Part shown: piece by piece, positions 12,037 through 25,267 of the stretch
How the letters are laid out: every line of letters begins with the position of its first letter
Position numbering within the stretch: position 1 is the stretch's first letter
Origin: Bugula neritina
Taxonomy: Eukaryota; Animalia; Bryozoa
DNA length: 64,000 bases
Assembly (NCBI GenBank): GCA_964035545.1
Contig: OZ037773.1
Location: 2,385,751 to 2,449,750 of the forward strand
Direction: 5' to 3'
Position numbers and translations under genes: made by a program
Notes under the pieces: model-generated
What the model saw: the letters and a program-made list of their open reading frames with translations, nothing else
Databases searched by the model: none
Told to the model about the DNA's origin: nothing

Positions 12037-12262
12037 ATGCACCCGCACAAAGATATATCTCTTAAAGCCATGAAGATCATGAATGAAAGGCATCCAGCCT
12101 AACACACTACAACAGGCTATCCACAATAACAAGCCGAGAGATACAGACTGCTGTGAAGCTCATTTTGCCGCAAGATTTGGCTAAACACGCTGTGTAGGAG
12201 GGCACAAAGGTTGTAACTAAATACACCAGCCCCAAGTAATCTTACCCAGCTCCACTAACCCC
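12037..12262 (+). pseudogene. H2B: Histone H2B C-terminal fragment + 3'UTR
   Basis: HPHKDISLKAMKIMN / [48 protein letters not shown], then cagctccactaacccc. Confidence 0.9.
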
Positions 12263-12264
12263 AT

Positions 12265-14452
12265 TGATGAAAATGATTGAGGATGGAGTAATTGTTAAAA
12301 TTGACAAACCTACTCCATGGGTGGCACACCTATGGTAGTAGTTCCTAAACTTGGCCAAAACAAGGTGAGAATTTGCACAGATTCTACCGAGGTAAACAAG
12401 CATATTTTGAGAGAGTTCCATCTCATGGCAACAGTAGATAGCAGCTTAGCTCAATTAGGACAAAGACAAATTTTTTCTAAGATCGATGCAAACAGTGGAT
12501 TTTGGCAAATTCCTTTAAGCAAAGAATCTAGCAAACTAACAACATTTCTGACTCATTCTGGACGATATCGCTATTTGCGACTGCCTCAAGGCCCATGCAG
12601 TGCTCCAGAGATTTTTGTTGCTGAAATGAACAATATTTTGAAGGATGTTGATGGTGTGGTTATACATATAGATGACATACTGGTTTTTGGTGAGAGCAAG
12701 GAGCAACATGACACAAGATTGCAAATAGTGTTGGAAAAACTTGAAGCTTCAAGCATCACGCTCAATAAAGACAAATGTAAATTTGGAGTGGCATCTGTTA
12801 ATTTTCTTGGTTATGTCATAGATCAGTCTGGTAACTTCAGTACGAAGTTTTCTTGGAATGGCCAACCAGCATGCTAAGTTTTCCGAGGAATTAGCTGCTG
12901 TGAGTGAACCAATTAGAATGCTGTTGAAGAAAGATGTTCCATGGCACTGGTCCAGCAAACAAGAAAACTCCTTCAAGACGATAAAAGAAATATTTCAAAA
13001 TGCACCATTTTTAGCAGTCTATGATGTAGACAGAGACACCATAATCACAACAGATGCTAGCAATGCAGGTCTAGGAGCAACACTCTGTCAAAATCAACAG
13101 GATGTCTCTCGGCGCTTGAAATCTCCTGCAAGTCGATCTTTAACAGTGACCGAAAAGCGTTATGCAGCCATAGAAAAAGAAAGTTTAGCAGTCTGTTGGG
13201 CTATGGGAAAGTTTTCTCCACATATACTAGGTATGACGAATGTGGTTATTGAAACTGATCACCGTCCACTAGTTACTTTGTTTGGGAATATCTTTCTAGA
13301 CAGGCTTCCACCAAGAATTCAAGGGTTTAAACTTAGACTTCAAAGATTTCAGTATACTATCAGACATGTGAGGGGGTCTAAGAATGTTGCAACTGATACT
13401 CTCTCCAGGTATAACACTGCTGAAGTAAACGAGATTGATGCAGCAAGAGAAATGGAAATTGAACTTTGTATTGATAACATCTATCAACATGGATCTAATA
13501 GTAGGTTGGAGCAGCTTCGTTTAGAACAGCATGAAGATGAAATACTGTCCAAAGTAATCAAATTAGTAGAGAATGGATGGCCAGGGTATTTGTCCACTGA
13601 AGATGTCCTTCTGAAGCCCTATTTTGAAAGAAGATCCATTTAACAATAAACAAAGGATTCTTGACACTTGGCAATCGTTTGATAATACCGTTAGCTCAAA
13701 GAGAACAGGTGTTGCAAGATTTACATAGAGGACACTTGGGCATTACAAAATGTCAAACACGGGCTAGAGATAGCGTGTGGTGGCCTTCTATGTCAAAGGC
13801 TATTGAGGCTATGATCAGCAATTGTGCTGAATGCAAAATCCATGCAGCTAAAATTACAGAGCCATTACGTCCTTCTGCAACTCCAGATAAACCTTGGCAA
13901 CACCTTAGCACTGATTTGTTGTTTTATAACGGCCAAGTATATCTTCTGGTTATTGATATTTATTCAAGGTAACCTGAACTTGCCTTGCTGGGAAACTCTG
14001 ACTTTTCTTCAAGTAAAGTAATAACACACCTAAAATCTATTTTTCCACGACATGGCATACCTGAAATACTATTGTCAGATAACGGCCATCAATATGCAAG
14101 TGCAGAATTTAAACATTTTTCTGTCGAGTATGGATTTACCCATGTGACTAGCAGCCCACATTATCACAGAGCGAATGGAGCAGCTGAGCGAGGAGTAAGG
14201 ACCATCAAAAGCATGCTTGCAAAAGAGAAAGATCCTTATTTGCCTTTGTTAGCCTATAGATCCTCACCGCAGTATAGCTCATACTCTCCAACAGAATTGT
14301 TAATGGGTAGAAAATTGAGATCCACTGTACCCATCCATCCGGATAAGCTTAAACCTGAACTCCCTGACCATGACTTATTCAAAAAGAGCAACAATCAGTA
14401 TAAAGAGAAAATGGAAGAAAATCATGACAAAAATCCTAAAGTGCGCCCTCTT
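12265..14452 (+). mobile_element. Ty3/Gypsy pol fragment (RT, RNase H, integrase), degenerate
   Basis: FSKIDANSGFWQIPL, HIDDILV, TDASNAGLGA, EKESLAV, ETDHRPL, LHRGHLGITKC, SDNG, ANGAAERGVRTIK; frameshifts and stops; no LTRs. Confidence 0.92.
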
Positions 14453-15107
14453 GGGAGGTGAAACTTCCTAATGCGTATTCTGCAGAACAAATATCAGCCA
14501 AGTATGAGTCTATTCCACAGGCAGGTGCTCTTACCGCCTGGCCACATTTACAAGACTTAGCAAAAAACATAGTCAAGGGACAAGACATTTAAGTAGGGCT
14601 ACTCATTGGAGGCAATTGCCCATTAGCCTTCAAACCTAGCGAGGTACTAATCGGAAACGACGCAGACGATGAACCATTTGGCCTAGGGTGGGTTATCATG
14701 GGTAGTCTAGATACAAATAACACACATGATGACAATTCAGGCAACAAAACAACAATAGTCAATAAAACCGTAACTCATTCACTCAAGAAAGCTAAAACAT
14801 CAGTATCTTTCAAATGCCAAACTGAAACATCAAAACAAATAAATAAAATAATTAATTTATTGGCTCAAGATTTCAAGGAATGTGTAACAGACAAAGAAGC
14901 GGCTTCTGTAGAAGACAGAGCATTTTTGTCTCATGAAACAAAAAACAAAGATCGTGGATGATCATGTCACCATGCCTTTACCTTACAAACACAAACCACC
15001 ACTAGATAACAGTTTTAAAACAGCAAAAAACCATTTCAACTCACTGCTGAGAAAGTTCTCTAAGAACCAAGACTTGGAAAACCAGTACAAAGAGTTTATG
15101 GAAGACT
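14453..15107 (+). mobile_element. BEL/Pao fragment (copy of ~8157-8823)
   Basis: Near-identical to the first BEL fragment, ending at gagtttatggaagac. Confidence 0.9.
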
Positions 15108-15239
15108 AAAAACCCCATGTTGACAACAGTTACATTTGTTAACGTATAGTATTTTTTTATGCAGATAAAGCAAAGACAAAATACTTTGCTGCAACTAATT
15201 TTTAGTGCATATTTGGAAGAAGAAGTCATCAGTGCTTGA
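15108..15239 (+). pseudogene. Intron-3 end + exon-4 paralogue of the H2B-SANT gene (also 23038-23170, 59946-60077)
   Basis: aacagttacatttgttaacgtata...atgcag|ataaagcaaagacaaaatactttgctgcaacta encodes IKQRQNTLLQLIFSAYLEEEVISA*. Confidence 0.88.
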
Positions 15240-15322
15240 AAATAATGGGACCTACTGACTTGGGTAAAAATAATATATATTTTAGTAATACTACCATGCA
15301 TGTATATAACATAAAGACAGGG

Positions 15323-17663
15323 ATGGAGTTATTACTTTTCCACTCGATATGTAGATATCGTGCCGTTATCCCAAATATTGTGTATATATTTTGATGTATA
15401 ACAATGAATCATATATTATTATTTTTTATTTTTAAATATTTTTTGCTCTTACAATTATGGTGTTTTTACAAATGTATGGGTGTTGGTTTTGTATAACTTA
15501 CTAAAAATAAACTAAAATATAAAACTACATACCTGGTCTTATAGGTTAAAAATGTATGTTATAATAGCACACTTCTTTCCTTTGTCATAGACAGTATAGT
15601 ATCCAATTTTTCACAATGTCTCTGCGCTTTAAAAGAAATCTTTCGAACTTACAAAAGCTTTATAGGGCATCACCTCAAAAAAAGAAAACCTTGCTTAAAT
15701 CGGCTAATGGTGATTTAATTGGTGCACTTTGTGATTGTGCTTGCAATATAATTAGAGGAAATGTTCTTTTGAATTCAAAGCAGTTCAATAATCTTAGGAT
15801 GCATCATTAAGTAATTAAAAGCTCTCACTAATAAGTCAAGTGTCAAAAATGAACAAAAAATCATTCAAAAAGGCGGATTTATTAGATTGCTGTTGAAGCC
15901 TCTTGCTAAGATCTTGATGGGTGGACTTTTAAGTTGACATCATAAAAAAGTATGACTTAATTGATCCATCATAATATGAAATGCTTAAATCAGCTGCTAG
16001 TGCTGGAAATGAAAAGCGACAAAATAGTTCTGACATGTCTGCGCATCCAAATATTAAAAATGTAAAAGATATAGATCAAAAAATGGAAGAAACACTAAAT
16101 AAATCAGATTTGACAGATTTTGAAAAGGTTGAAAAATACAATGCACTACTAGAGAAATATATCAGAAACTTTAGGAATGCTCTTGAAACCTCAAAACCTG
16201 AAACAATCCTTGGTGAACCTGCTTCAAAAACTATAGACTTAAATAATACCACAGAAAACAAAAGCAATAATCAGTTTCAATCTCTTGAAGAATCACTTGA
16301 CAGTATTCCTATATCATGCCGCCAAAAAGCTCGTAAATTGGTGAATTTCTTGAAAAACAACAACTCATTTTCTGTTAATCAAGACAAGGAACTGCTTTAA
16401 GAAAATCACGTATTAAGAGGTTCAAATGTTAATCAATTAATCAATTAATCAATGATGCAGTACAAAACAAAAAACCAATAACAAGCAATGCATTATCTAC
16501 ACAGTTTGTAGAAAATTTGAAAGCAGAAGGATACCCAGCTAAACAGATATTGTCCAAGAGCCATGTCCAAAACCCTTCAATAACATCTAAGATAAATCTT
16601 ATTCCAAAACTGACAGAAGCAAGCCTCAAAGGCGTTTAGCCCCATATAAATATTCGTCTCAAACAGTAGATGACATACTGAAAAACTGGCTTTTTTAAAA
16701 ATGACCAAAAAATGCAAAGCCAAAACCCCTAGCACATTGGACAATTCTTATTTCAATCCACGAGAAGTTGGAAGCTTAGGTGGAAAGTGTGGATTTTCCA
16801 AACGTTTGGCTCAGAATTCTGAGCCAATGGATATAAATATAAATCTAGAACAATTTCAAAATGGTTGCAATCTCAAGAAGCTTATACTCTTCGCAAGCCT
16901 GTTAGGCAAAAACTTATTCGAATATCTACATTAGCTAATGGAATAAATGATCAGTTCCAAGCTGATCTGATTGACATGCAAAAACATAAAAATTCAAATT
17001 CTAATCATGGTTATATCCTAACTGTTGTAAATGTGTTTTCAAAGTTTTCATAGGCTAAGCCGTTAAAGTCAAAATCTGGACAAGAGGTCGCTCGAAAATT
17101 GAAAGACATATTTACTTTACGCAAATGTAGGGTGCTGCAAACAGACAAAGGAAAAGAACTTTATAATACAAAGGTCAAGACTTCATTAACAAAGTTTGAT
17201 ATATTACACTTTCCATCGGAAAATGACGACATAAAGGAGGCAGTTGTAGAGAGGTTTAATAGAACTCTTCAAACTAGATTATATCGATGGTTTCCCAAAA
17301 CCCAGGAGCATAACTGGACTAATGTCATCGAACACATTGTTGATTTATATAACAATACCGTCCCCTCATCAACAAAATTTTTACCAGCAAACACTTATAG
17401 GGAAAACGAAGAAGATGTTTGGCTTAATTTGTATGGAAACTTGAAAGCGCCTAGTCTTTTGAATGCAAGGCTAAAAACTAATGACATTTTTAGAATAAGC
17501 AAGTGCAAACATGTTTTCAGTAATGGATATATAGAAAATTGGTCTATAGAAAGTTTTATTGTCAGTCAAGTTTTTTGAAACTGATCCTGTAACTTATTGT
17601 TTCAAAGATCAACAAAACGAATTAATTCATGGTTGGTACTATGAAGATGAGCTGCAAAAAGTT
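15323..17663 (+). mobile_element. Polinton/adintovirus module: pPolB end, PW, gasderminoid-like ORF, near full-length integrase (degenerate)
   Basis: YFNP..GSLGG, QSQEAYTLRKPVR, DQFQADLIDM, LQTDKGKE, VVERFNRTL. Confidence 0.88.
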
Positions 17664-17906
17664 ATGCACCCGCACAAAGAAATATCTGTTAAAGCCATGA
17701 AGATCATGAATGAAAAGCATCCAGCCTAACACACTACAACAGGCTATCCACCATAACAAGCCAAGAGATACAGACTGCTGTGAAGCTAGTTTTGCCAAAA
17801 GATTTGGCTAAACACGCTGTGTAGGAGGGCGCACAAAGGTTGTAACTAAATACACCATCCCCAAGTAATCTTACCCAGCTCCACTAACCCCGCTGGGCCT
17901 TTTCAG
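17664..17906 (+). pseudogene. H2B: H2B C-terminal fragment ending in a half stem-loop
   Basis: Copy of the 12037 fragment; ends GGGCCTTTTCAG at 17895-17906. Confidence 0.88.
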
Positions 17907-18439
17907 TAAATTGAATTTAGTTGTCAAAACTATATGTCTGTTTTGTTATTTGATATTCAATCATGTTTTATAGCACATAATGAATCATTGACTATTTAAT
18001 ATTTTAAATTCATTTATTTATTTGCGATTGTATTGTAACACCCTATAAGACTTACCAGATCAGTATTATGGCATAGTTTGTTTTAAATTTCAAAATAGAG
18101 AGCTGTTTGTCAACTTAAAATAGCTAAAATAATGTTAATAATCATTTCTTATAGTTTGGTTTATGCATGAAAGTTTTAATATTTATTACTTGAAGAGTTG
18201 TTTTTAGCTTTCTATTACTGGCTACAGTACAAAGCCTATAGTTAGTAGTGAAACCTATTTTTCAATTTTCTGCACCTTTTATTGCTAGACTAAGTTACAA
18301 AGTATTGTGACGGGCGTTACAGAATTATAGACTGCACATACATGCTGGACTTCGCAAGGAAAGAAAGAAGTATTAAATTCATTCCCCAAATCTGTTTACA
18401 AACCAGGGATGATAGTTAACAAAGCATGATAAAATTTAA

Positions 18440-19007
18440 TTTTTAATTAAAAGAAACCACGCAATGGAGTGTATCAGAACTAAATTTAAAAGTTCTTGAC
18501 ATCATAAATTTTATAGCTCCATGGTTTTCATGTGCAAATTTTATCAAAGCATACAATTGTAGTATGAAGAAAGGCTTTTGCCCACATGAATATGTCATAT
18601 CATTAGAAAAGCTCAATGAAAATCCTCTGCCTGCACATGAAGCTTTCTACAGTAGTCTAATTCAATCAAATATCACAGCAGCAGACTATCAGAATTGTAA
18701 ACAGGTTTGGCAAAACAAAAACATGCTCACAATGAAAGATTATTTGATTTGTTACAACATTCCTGATGTATTACCATTTTAGAGGCAGTTGAAAAACAAC
18801 GCATGGTTTATCGTGAAAAAGGCATTGATATATACAAGGATGGAATTAGTGTTCCATCTTTAGCTACTAAACGGTTATTTAATGAATCAAAGACTAAAAA
18901 CTTTTCTATTCCGTTGATTGGTAGAAAAAATGCATACTTGTATAAAACTATACGGAATAATATTATTAGGGGTCCAAGTATTGTTTTCCACAGGTATCAT
19001 GAAGCTG
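18440..19007 (+). mobile_element. Polinton pPolB exonuclease-region fragment (also 20365-20943)
   Basis: DIINFIAP, KGFFPYEY, LPAHEAFYSSL, YL.CYN.PDV, IIRGPSIVFHRYHEA. Confidence 0.88.
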
Positions 19008-19010
19008 ACA

Positions 19011-19075
19011 AACAGCATGCTACATAAAAACAGCTCAAAAGGTGCCAAAAAAGACAAGAAAGAAAGGAGAAAAAA
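19011..19075 (+). pseudogene. H2B: H2B start/N-tail fragment
   Basis: aacagcATG...agctcaaaaggtgccaaaaaag resembles aacagcATG...agctccaaaggtgccaagaaag at 40688. Confidence 0.7.
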
Positions 19076-19079
19076 ACTT

Positions 19080-19845
19080 TTAGATTAAAAATGTATATTA
19101 TAATTGCACACTTCATTCCTTTGTCATAGACAGTTAAGTATCCAATTTTTCACAATGACTCTGCACTTTAAAAGAAACCTTTCAAAATTACAAAAGCTTC
19201 ATAGGGCATCACCTCAAAAAAAGAAAACCTTGCTTAAATCTGCTAATGGTGATTTAATTGGTGCACTTTGTGATTGTGCTTGCAATATAATTAGAGGAGA
19301 TGTTCTTTTGACTTCAAAGCAGTTCAATAATCTTAGGATGCATCATTAAGTAATTAAAAGCTCTCACTAATAAGTCGAGTGTCAAAAATAAACAAAAAAT
19401 CATTCAAAAAGGTGGATTTATTGGATTGCTGTTGAAGCCTCTTGCTAAGATCTTGATGGGTGGACATTTTCCAAACGTTTGGCTCAGAATGGGTATAAAT
19501 ATAAATCTAGAACAATTTCAAAATGGTTGCAATCTCAAGAAGCTTATACTCCTCGCAAGCCTGTTAGGCAAAAATTTATTCGAAGATCTACACTAGTTAA
19601 TGGAATAAATGATCAGTTCCAAGCTGATCTGATTGACATGCAAAAACATAAAAATTCAAATTCTAATCATGGTTATATCCTAACTGTTGTAGATGTGTTT
19701 TCAAAGTTTTCATGGGCTAAGCCGTTAAAGTCAAAATCTGGACACGAGGTAGATCAAAAATTGAAAGAAATATTTGCTTTACGCAAACGTAGGGTGCTGC
19801 AAACAAACAAAGGAAAAGAATTTTAAAAATACAAAAGTCAAGACA
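19080..19845 (+). mobile_element. Polinton PW fused to integrase 5' half
   Basis: ORFs 19104 and 19479; the gasderminoid-like ORF is deleted at ggtggac|attttccaaacg. Confidence 0.85.
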
Positions 19846-20945
19846 GTAAATTGAATTTAGTTGTCAAAACTATATGTCTGTTTTGTTATTTGATATTCAA
19901 TCATGTTTTATGGCACATAATATATCATTGACTATTTAATATTTTAAATTAATTATTTATTTGCGATTGTATTGTAACACCCTATAAGACTTACAAGATC
20001 AGTATTATGGCGTAGTTTGTTTTAAATTTCAAAATAGAGAGCTGTTTGTCAACTTAAAATAGCTAAAAAAATGTTAATAATCATTTCCTATAGTTTGGTC
20101 TATGGAAGTTTTAATATTCATTACTCGAAGAGTTGTTTTTGGCTTTCTATTACTGACCATGCAGTACAAAGCCTAGTTAATAGTGAAATTTATCTTTCAA
20201 TTTTCTGCACTTTTTATTGCTAGACCAAGTTACAAAGTATTGTGACAGGTGTTACAGAATAGACTGCACATACATGCTGGACTTCGCAGAGAAAGAAAGA
20301 AGTATTAAATTCATTCCCCAAATCTGTTTACAAACCAGGGATGATAGTTAACAAAGCATGATAAAATTCAATTTGTGATTAAAAGAAGCAACACAATGAA
20401 GTGTATCAGAACTAAACATTTAAGATTTTTTGACATCATAAATTTTATAGCTCCATGGTTTTCATGTGCAAATTTTATCAAAGCATACAATTGTAGTATG
20501 AAGAAAGGCTTTTTCCCATATGAATATGTCATATCATTAGAAAAGCTCAAGGAAAATTCTCTGCCTGCACATGAAGCTTTCTACAGTAGTCTAACTCAAT
20601 CAAATATCACAGCAGCAGACTATCAGAATTGTAAACAGGTTTGGCAAAACAAAAACATGCTCACAATGAAAGATTATTTGATTTGTTACAACAATCCCGA
20701 TGTATTATCATTTTTAGAGGCAGTTGAAAAACAAAGCATGGTTTATCGTGAAAAAGGCATTGATATGTTCAAGGATGAAATTAGTGTTCCATCTTTAGCT
20801 ACTAAACGGTTATTTAATGAATCAAATACTAAAAACTTTTTTATTTCGTTGATTGGCAGAAAAGATGCAGACTTGTATAAAACTATACAGAATAATATCA
20901 TTAGGGGTCCAAGTCCTGTTCTCTACAGGTAACATGAAGCTGACA

Positions 20946-21063
20946 AACAGTATGCTACAGAAAAATAACTCGAAAGGTGCCAAAAAAGACCAGAAAAAAA
21001 GGAGAAAAAAACCGAAACCGTACACAGCGCTTACCTTTAAAACATTCTAAAAAAAGTCCACCT
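20946..21063 (+). pseudogene. H2B: H2B N-terminal fragment
   Basis: MLQKNNSKGAKKDQKKRRKK, then after a frameshift SAYL*NILKKVH (cf. SIYIYKVLKQVH); joins PW at cacctca. Confidence 0.78.
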
Positions 21064-22342
21064 CAGAAAAAAGAAAACCTTGCTTACATCAGCTAATGGC
21101 GATTTAATTGGTGCACTTTGTGATTGTGCTTGCAATATAATTAGAGAAAATGTTCTTTTGATTTCAAAGCAGTTCAATAATCTTAGGATGCATCATAAAC
21201 AATTAAAAGCTCTCACTAATAAGTCGAGTGTCAAAAATAAACAAAAAATCATTCAAAAAGGTGGATTTATTGGATTGCTGTTGAAGCCTCTTGCTAAGAT
21301 CTTGATGGGTGGACTTTTAAGTTGACATCATAAAAAAGTATTACTTAATTGATCCATCAAAATATGAAATGCTTAAATCAGCTGCTAGTGCTGGAAATGA
21401 AAAGCGACAAAATAGTTCTGACATGTCTGCGCATCCAAATATTAAAAATGTAAAAGATATAGATCAAAAAATGGAAGAAACACTAAATAAATCAGATTTG
21501 ACAGATTTTGAAAAGGTTGAAAAATACAATGCACTACTAGAGAAATATATCAGAAACTTTAGGAATGCTCTTGAAACCTCAAAACCTGAAACAATCCTTG
21601 GTGAACCTGCTTCAAAAACTATAGACTTAGTAATACCACAGAAAACAAAAGCAATAATCAGTTTCAATCTCTTGAAGAATCACTTGACAGTATTTCTATA
21701 TCATACCGTCAAAAAGCTCGTTAATTGGTGAATTTCTTGAAAAACAACAACTCATTTTCTGTTAATCAAGATAACAAACTGCTTTACAAAAATCAAGTAA
21801 TAAGAGGCTCAAATGTTAATCAATTAATCAATTAATCAATGATGCAGTACAAAACAAAAAACCAATAACAAGCAACGCATTAATTACACAGTTTGTAGAA
21901 AATTTGAATGCAGAAGGATACCCAGCTTAACAGATATTGTCCAAGAGCCATGTCCAAAACCCTCCAATAACATCTAACATAAATCTTATTCCAAAACTAA
22001 AAAAAGCAAACCTCAAAGGCGTTTAGCCCTATATAAATATTCGTCTCAAACAGTAGATGACATACTGAAAAACTGGCTTTCCTAAAAAGGACCAAAAAAT
22101 GCAAAGCCAAAACCCCTAGCACATTGAACAATTTTTATTTCAATCCACAAGAAGTTGGAAGCTTAGGTGGAAAACGTGTATTTTCGAAACGTTTGGCTCA
22201 GAATGGATATAAATATAAATCTAGAACAATTTCAAAATGGTTGCAATCTCAAGAAGCTTATACTCTCCGCAAGCCTGTTAGGCAAAAATTTATTCGAAGA
22301 TCTACATTAGCTAATGGAATAAATGATCAGTTCCAAGCTGAC
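21059..22342 (+). mobile_element. Polinton PW, gasderminoid-like ORF, integrase N-terminus
   Basis: PW ends QKGGFIGLLLKPLAKILMGGLLS (GG|F protease-site-like motif plus amphipathic helix). Confidence 0.85.
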
Positions 22343-23037
22343 CTAATCATCAAAGGATATAGCTGTAATAAGGAGGTGAAACTTCCTAATTCGTATTCTG
22401 CAGAACAAATATCAGCCAAGTATGAGTCTATTCCACAGGCAGGTGCTCTTACCGCCTGGCCACATTTACAAGACTTGACAAAAAACATAGTCAAGGGACA
22501 AAACATTTCAGTAGGGCTACTCATTGGAGGCAATTGCCCATTAGCCTTCAAACCTAGCGAGGTACTAGTCGGAAATGACACAGACGATGAACCATTTGGC
22601 GTACGTACTGGCCTAGGGTGGGTTATCATGGGTAGTCTAAATACAAATAACACACAAGATGACAATTCAGGCAACAAAACAACAATAGTCAATAAAACCG
22701 TGACTCATTCACCCAAGAAAGCTAAAACATCAGTATCTTTCAAATGCCAAACTGAAACATCAAAACAAATAAATAAAATAATAAATTTATTGGCTCAAGA
22801 TTTCAAGGAATGTGTAACAGACAAGGAAGCCGCTTCTGTAGAAGACAGAGCATTTTTGTCTCTCATGAAACAAAAAACAAAGATCATTGATGATCATGTC
22901 ACCATGCCTTTACCTTACAAACACAAACCACCGCTAGATAACAGTTTTAAAACAGCAAAAAACCGTTTCAACTCACTGCTGAGAAAGTTCTCTGAGTCCA
23001 AGACTTGGAAAACCAGTACAAAGAGTTTATGGAAGAC
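22340..23037 (+). mobile_element. BEL/Pao fragment fused in frame to Polinton integrase
   Basis: ORF 22124-23080 reads DQFQADL|IIKGYSCNKEVKLP. Confidence 0.88.
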
Positions 23038-23252
23038 TAAAAACCCCATGTTGACAACAGTTACATTTGTTAACGTATAGTATTTTTTTATGCAGATAAA
23101 GCAAAGACAAAATACTTTGCTGCAACTAATTTTTAGTGCATATTTGGAAGAAGAAGTCACCAGTGCTTGAAAATAATGGGACCTACTGACTTGGGTAAAA
23201 ATAATATATATTTTAGTAATACTACCATGCATGTATATAACATAAAGACAGG

Positions 23253-24571
23253 GATGGAGTTACTACTTTTCCACTCGATATGTAGATATCTTGCTGTCAT
23301 CCCAAATATTGTGTATATATTTTGATGTATAACAATGAATCATATATTATTATTTTTTATTTTTAAATATTTTTTGCTCTTACAATTATGGTGTTTTTAC
23401 AAATGTATGGGTGTTGGTTTTGTAAAACTTACTAAAAATAAACTAAAATATAAAACTTCATACCTGGTCTTATAGGTTAAAAATGCATGTTATAATTGCA
23501 CACTTCTTTCCTTTGTCATAGACAGTTTAGTATCCAATTTTTCACAATGTCTCTGCGCTTTAAAAGAAATCTTTCAAACTTACAAAAGCTTTATAGGGCA
23601 TCACCTCAAAAAAAGAAAACCTTGCTTAAATCTGCTAATGGTGATTTAATTGGTGCACTTTGTGATTGTGCTTGCAATATAATTAGAGGAAATGTTCTTT
23701 TGAATTCAAAGCAGTTCAATAATCTTAGGATGCATCATTAAGTAATTAAAAGCTCTCACTAATAAGTCGAGTGTCAAAAATGAACAAAAAATCATTCAAA
23801 AAGGAGGATTTATTAGATTGCTGTTGAAGCCTCTTGCTAAGATCTTGATGGGTGGACTTTTAAATTGACATCATGAAAAAGTATTACTTAATTGGTCCAT
23901 CAAAATATGAAATGCTTAAATCAGCTGCTAGTGCTGGAAATAAAAAGCGACAAAATAATTCTGACATGTCTGCGCATCCAAATATTAAAAATGTAAAAGA
24001 TTTAGATCAAAAAATGGAAGAAACACTAAATAAATCAGATTTGACAGATTTTGAAAAGGTTGAAAAATACAATGCACTACTAGAGAAATATATCAGAAAC
24101 TTCAGGAATGCTCTTGAAACCGCAAAACCTGAAGCAATCATTGGTGAACCTGCTTCAAAAACTCCAGACTTAAATAATACCACAGAAAACAAAAGCAATA
24201 ATCAGTTTCAATCCCTTGAAGAATCACTTGACAGTATTCCTACATCATACCAACACAAAGCTAGTAAATTGTTGAATTTCTTGAAAAACAACAACTCATT
24301 TTTTGTTAATCAAGATAACGAACTCATTACAAAAATCAGGTATTAAGAGGCTCAAATGTTAATCAAGTAATCAATAAATCAATGATGCAGTACGAAACAA
24401 AAAACCAATAACAAGCAATGCATTATCTACACGGTTTGTAGAAAATTTGAATGCAAAGGATACCCAGCTAAACAGATATTGTCCAAGAGCCTTGCCAAAA
24501 CCCTCCAATAACATCTAAGATAAATCTTATTCCAAAACTGAAAAAGGCAAGCCTCAAAGGCGTTTAGCCCC

Positions 24572-24580
<9 letters not shown>
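23253..24580 (+). mobile_element. Polinton pPolB end, PW, gasderminoid-like ORF
   Basis: Copy of 15323-16650; truncated by the (TA)n tract. Confidence 0.85.
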
Positions 24581-25267
<687 letters not shown>

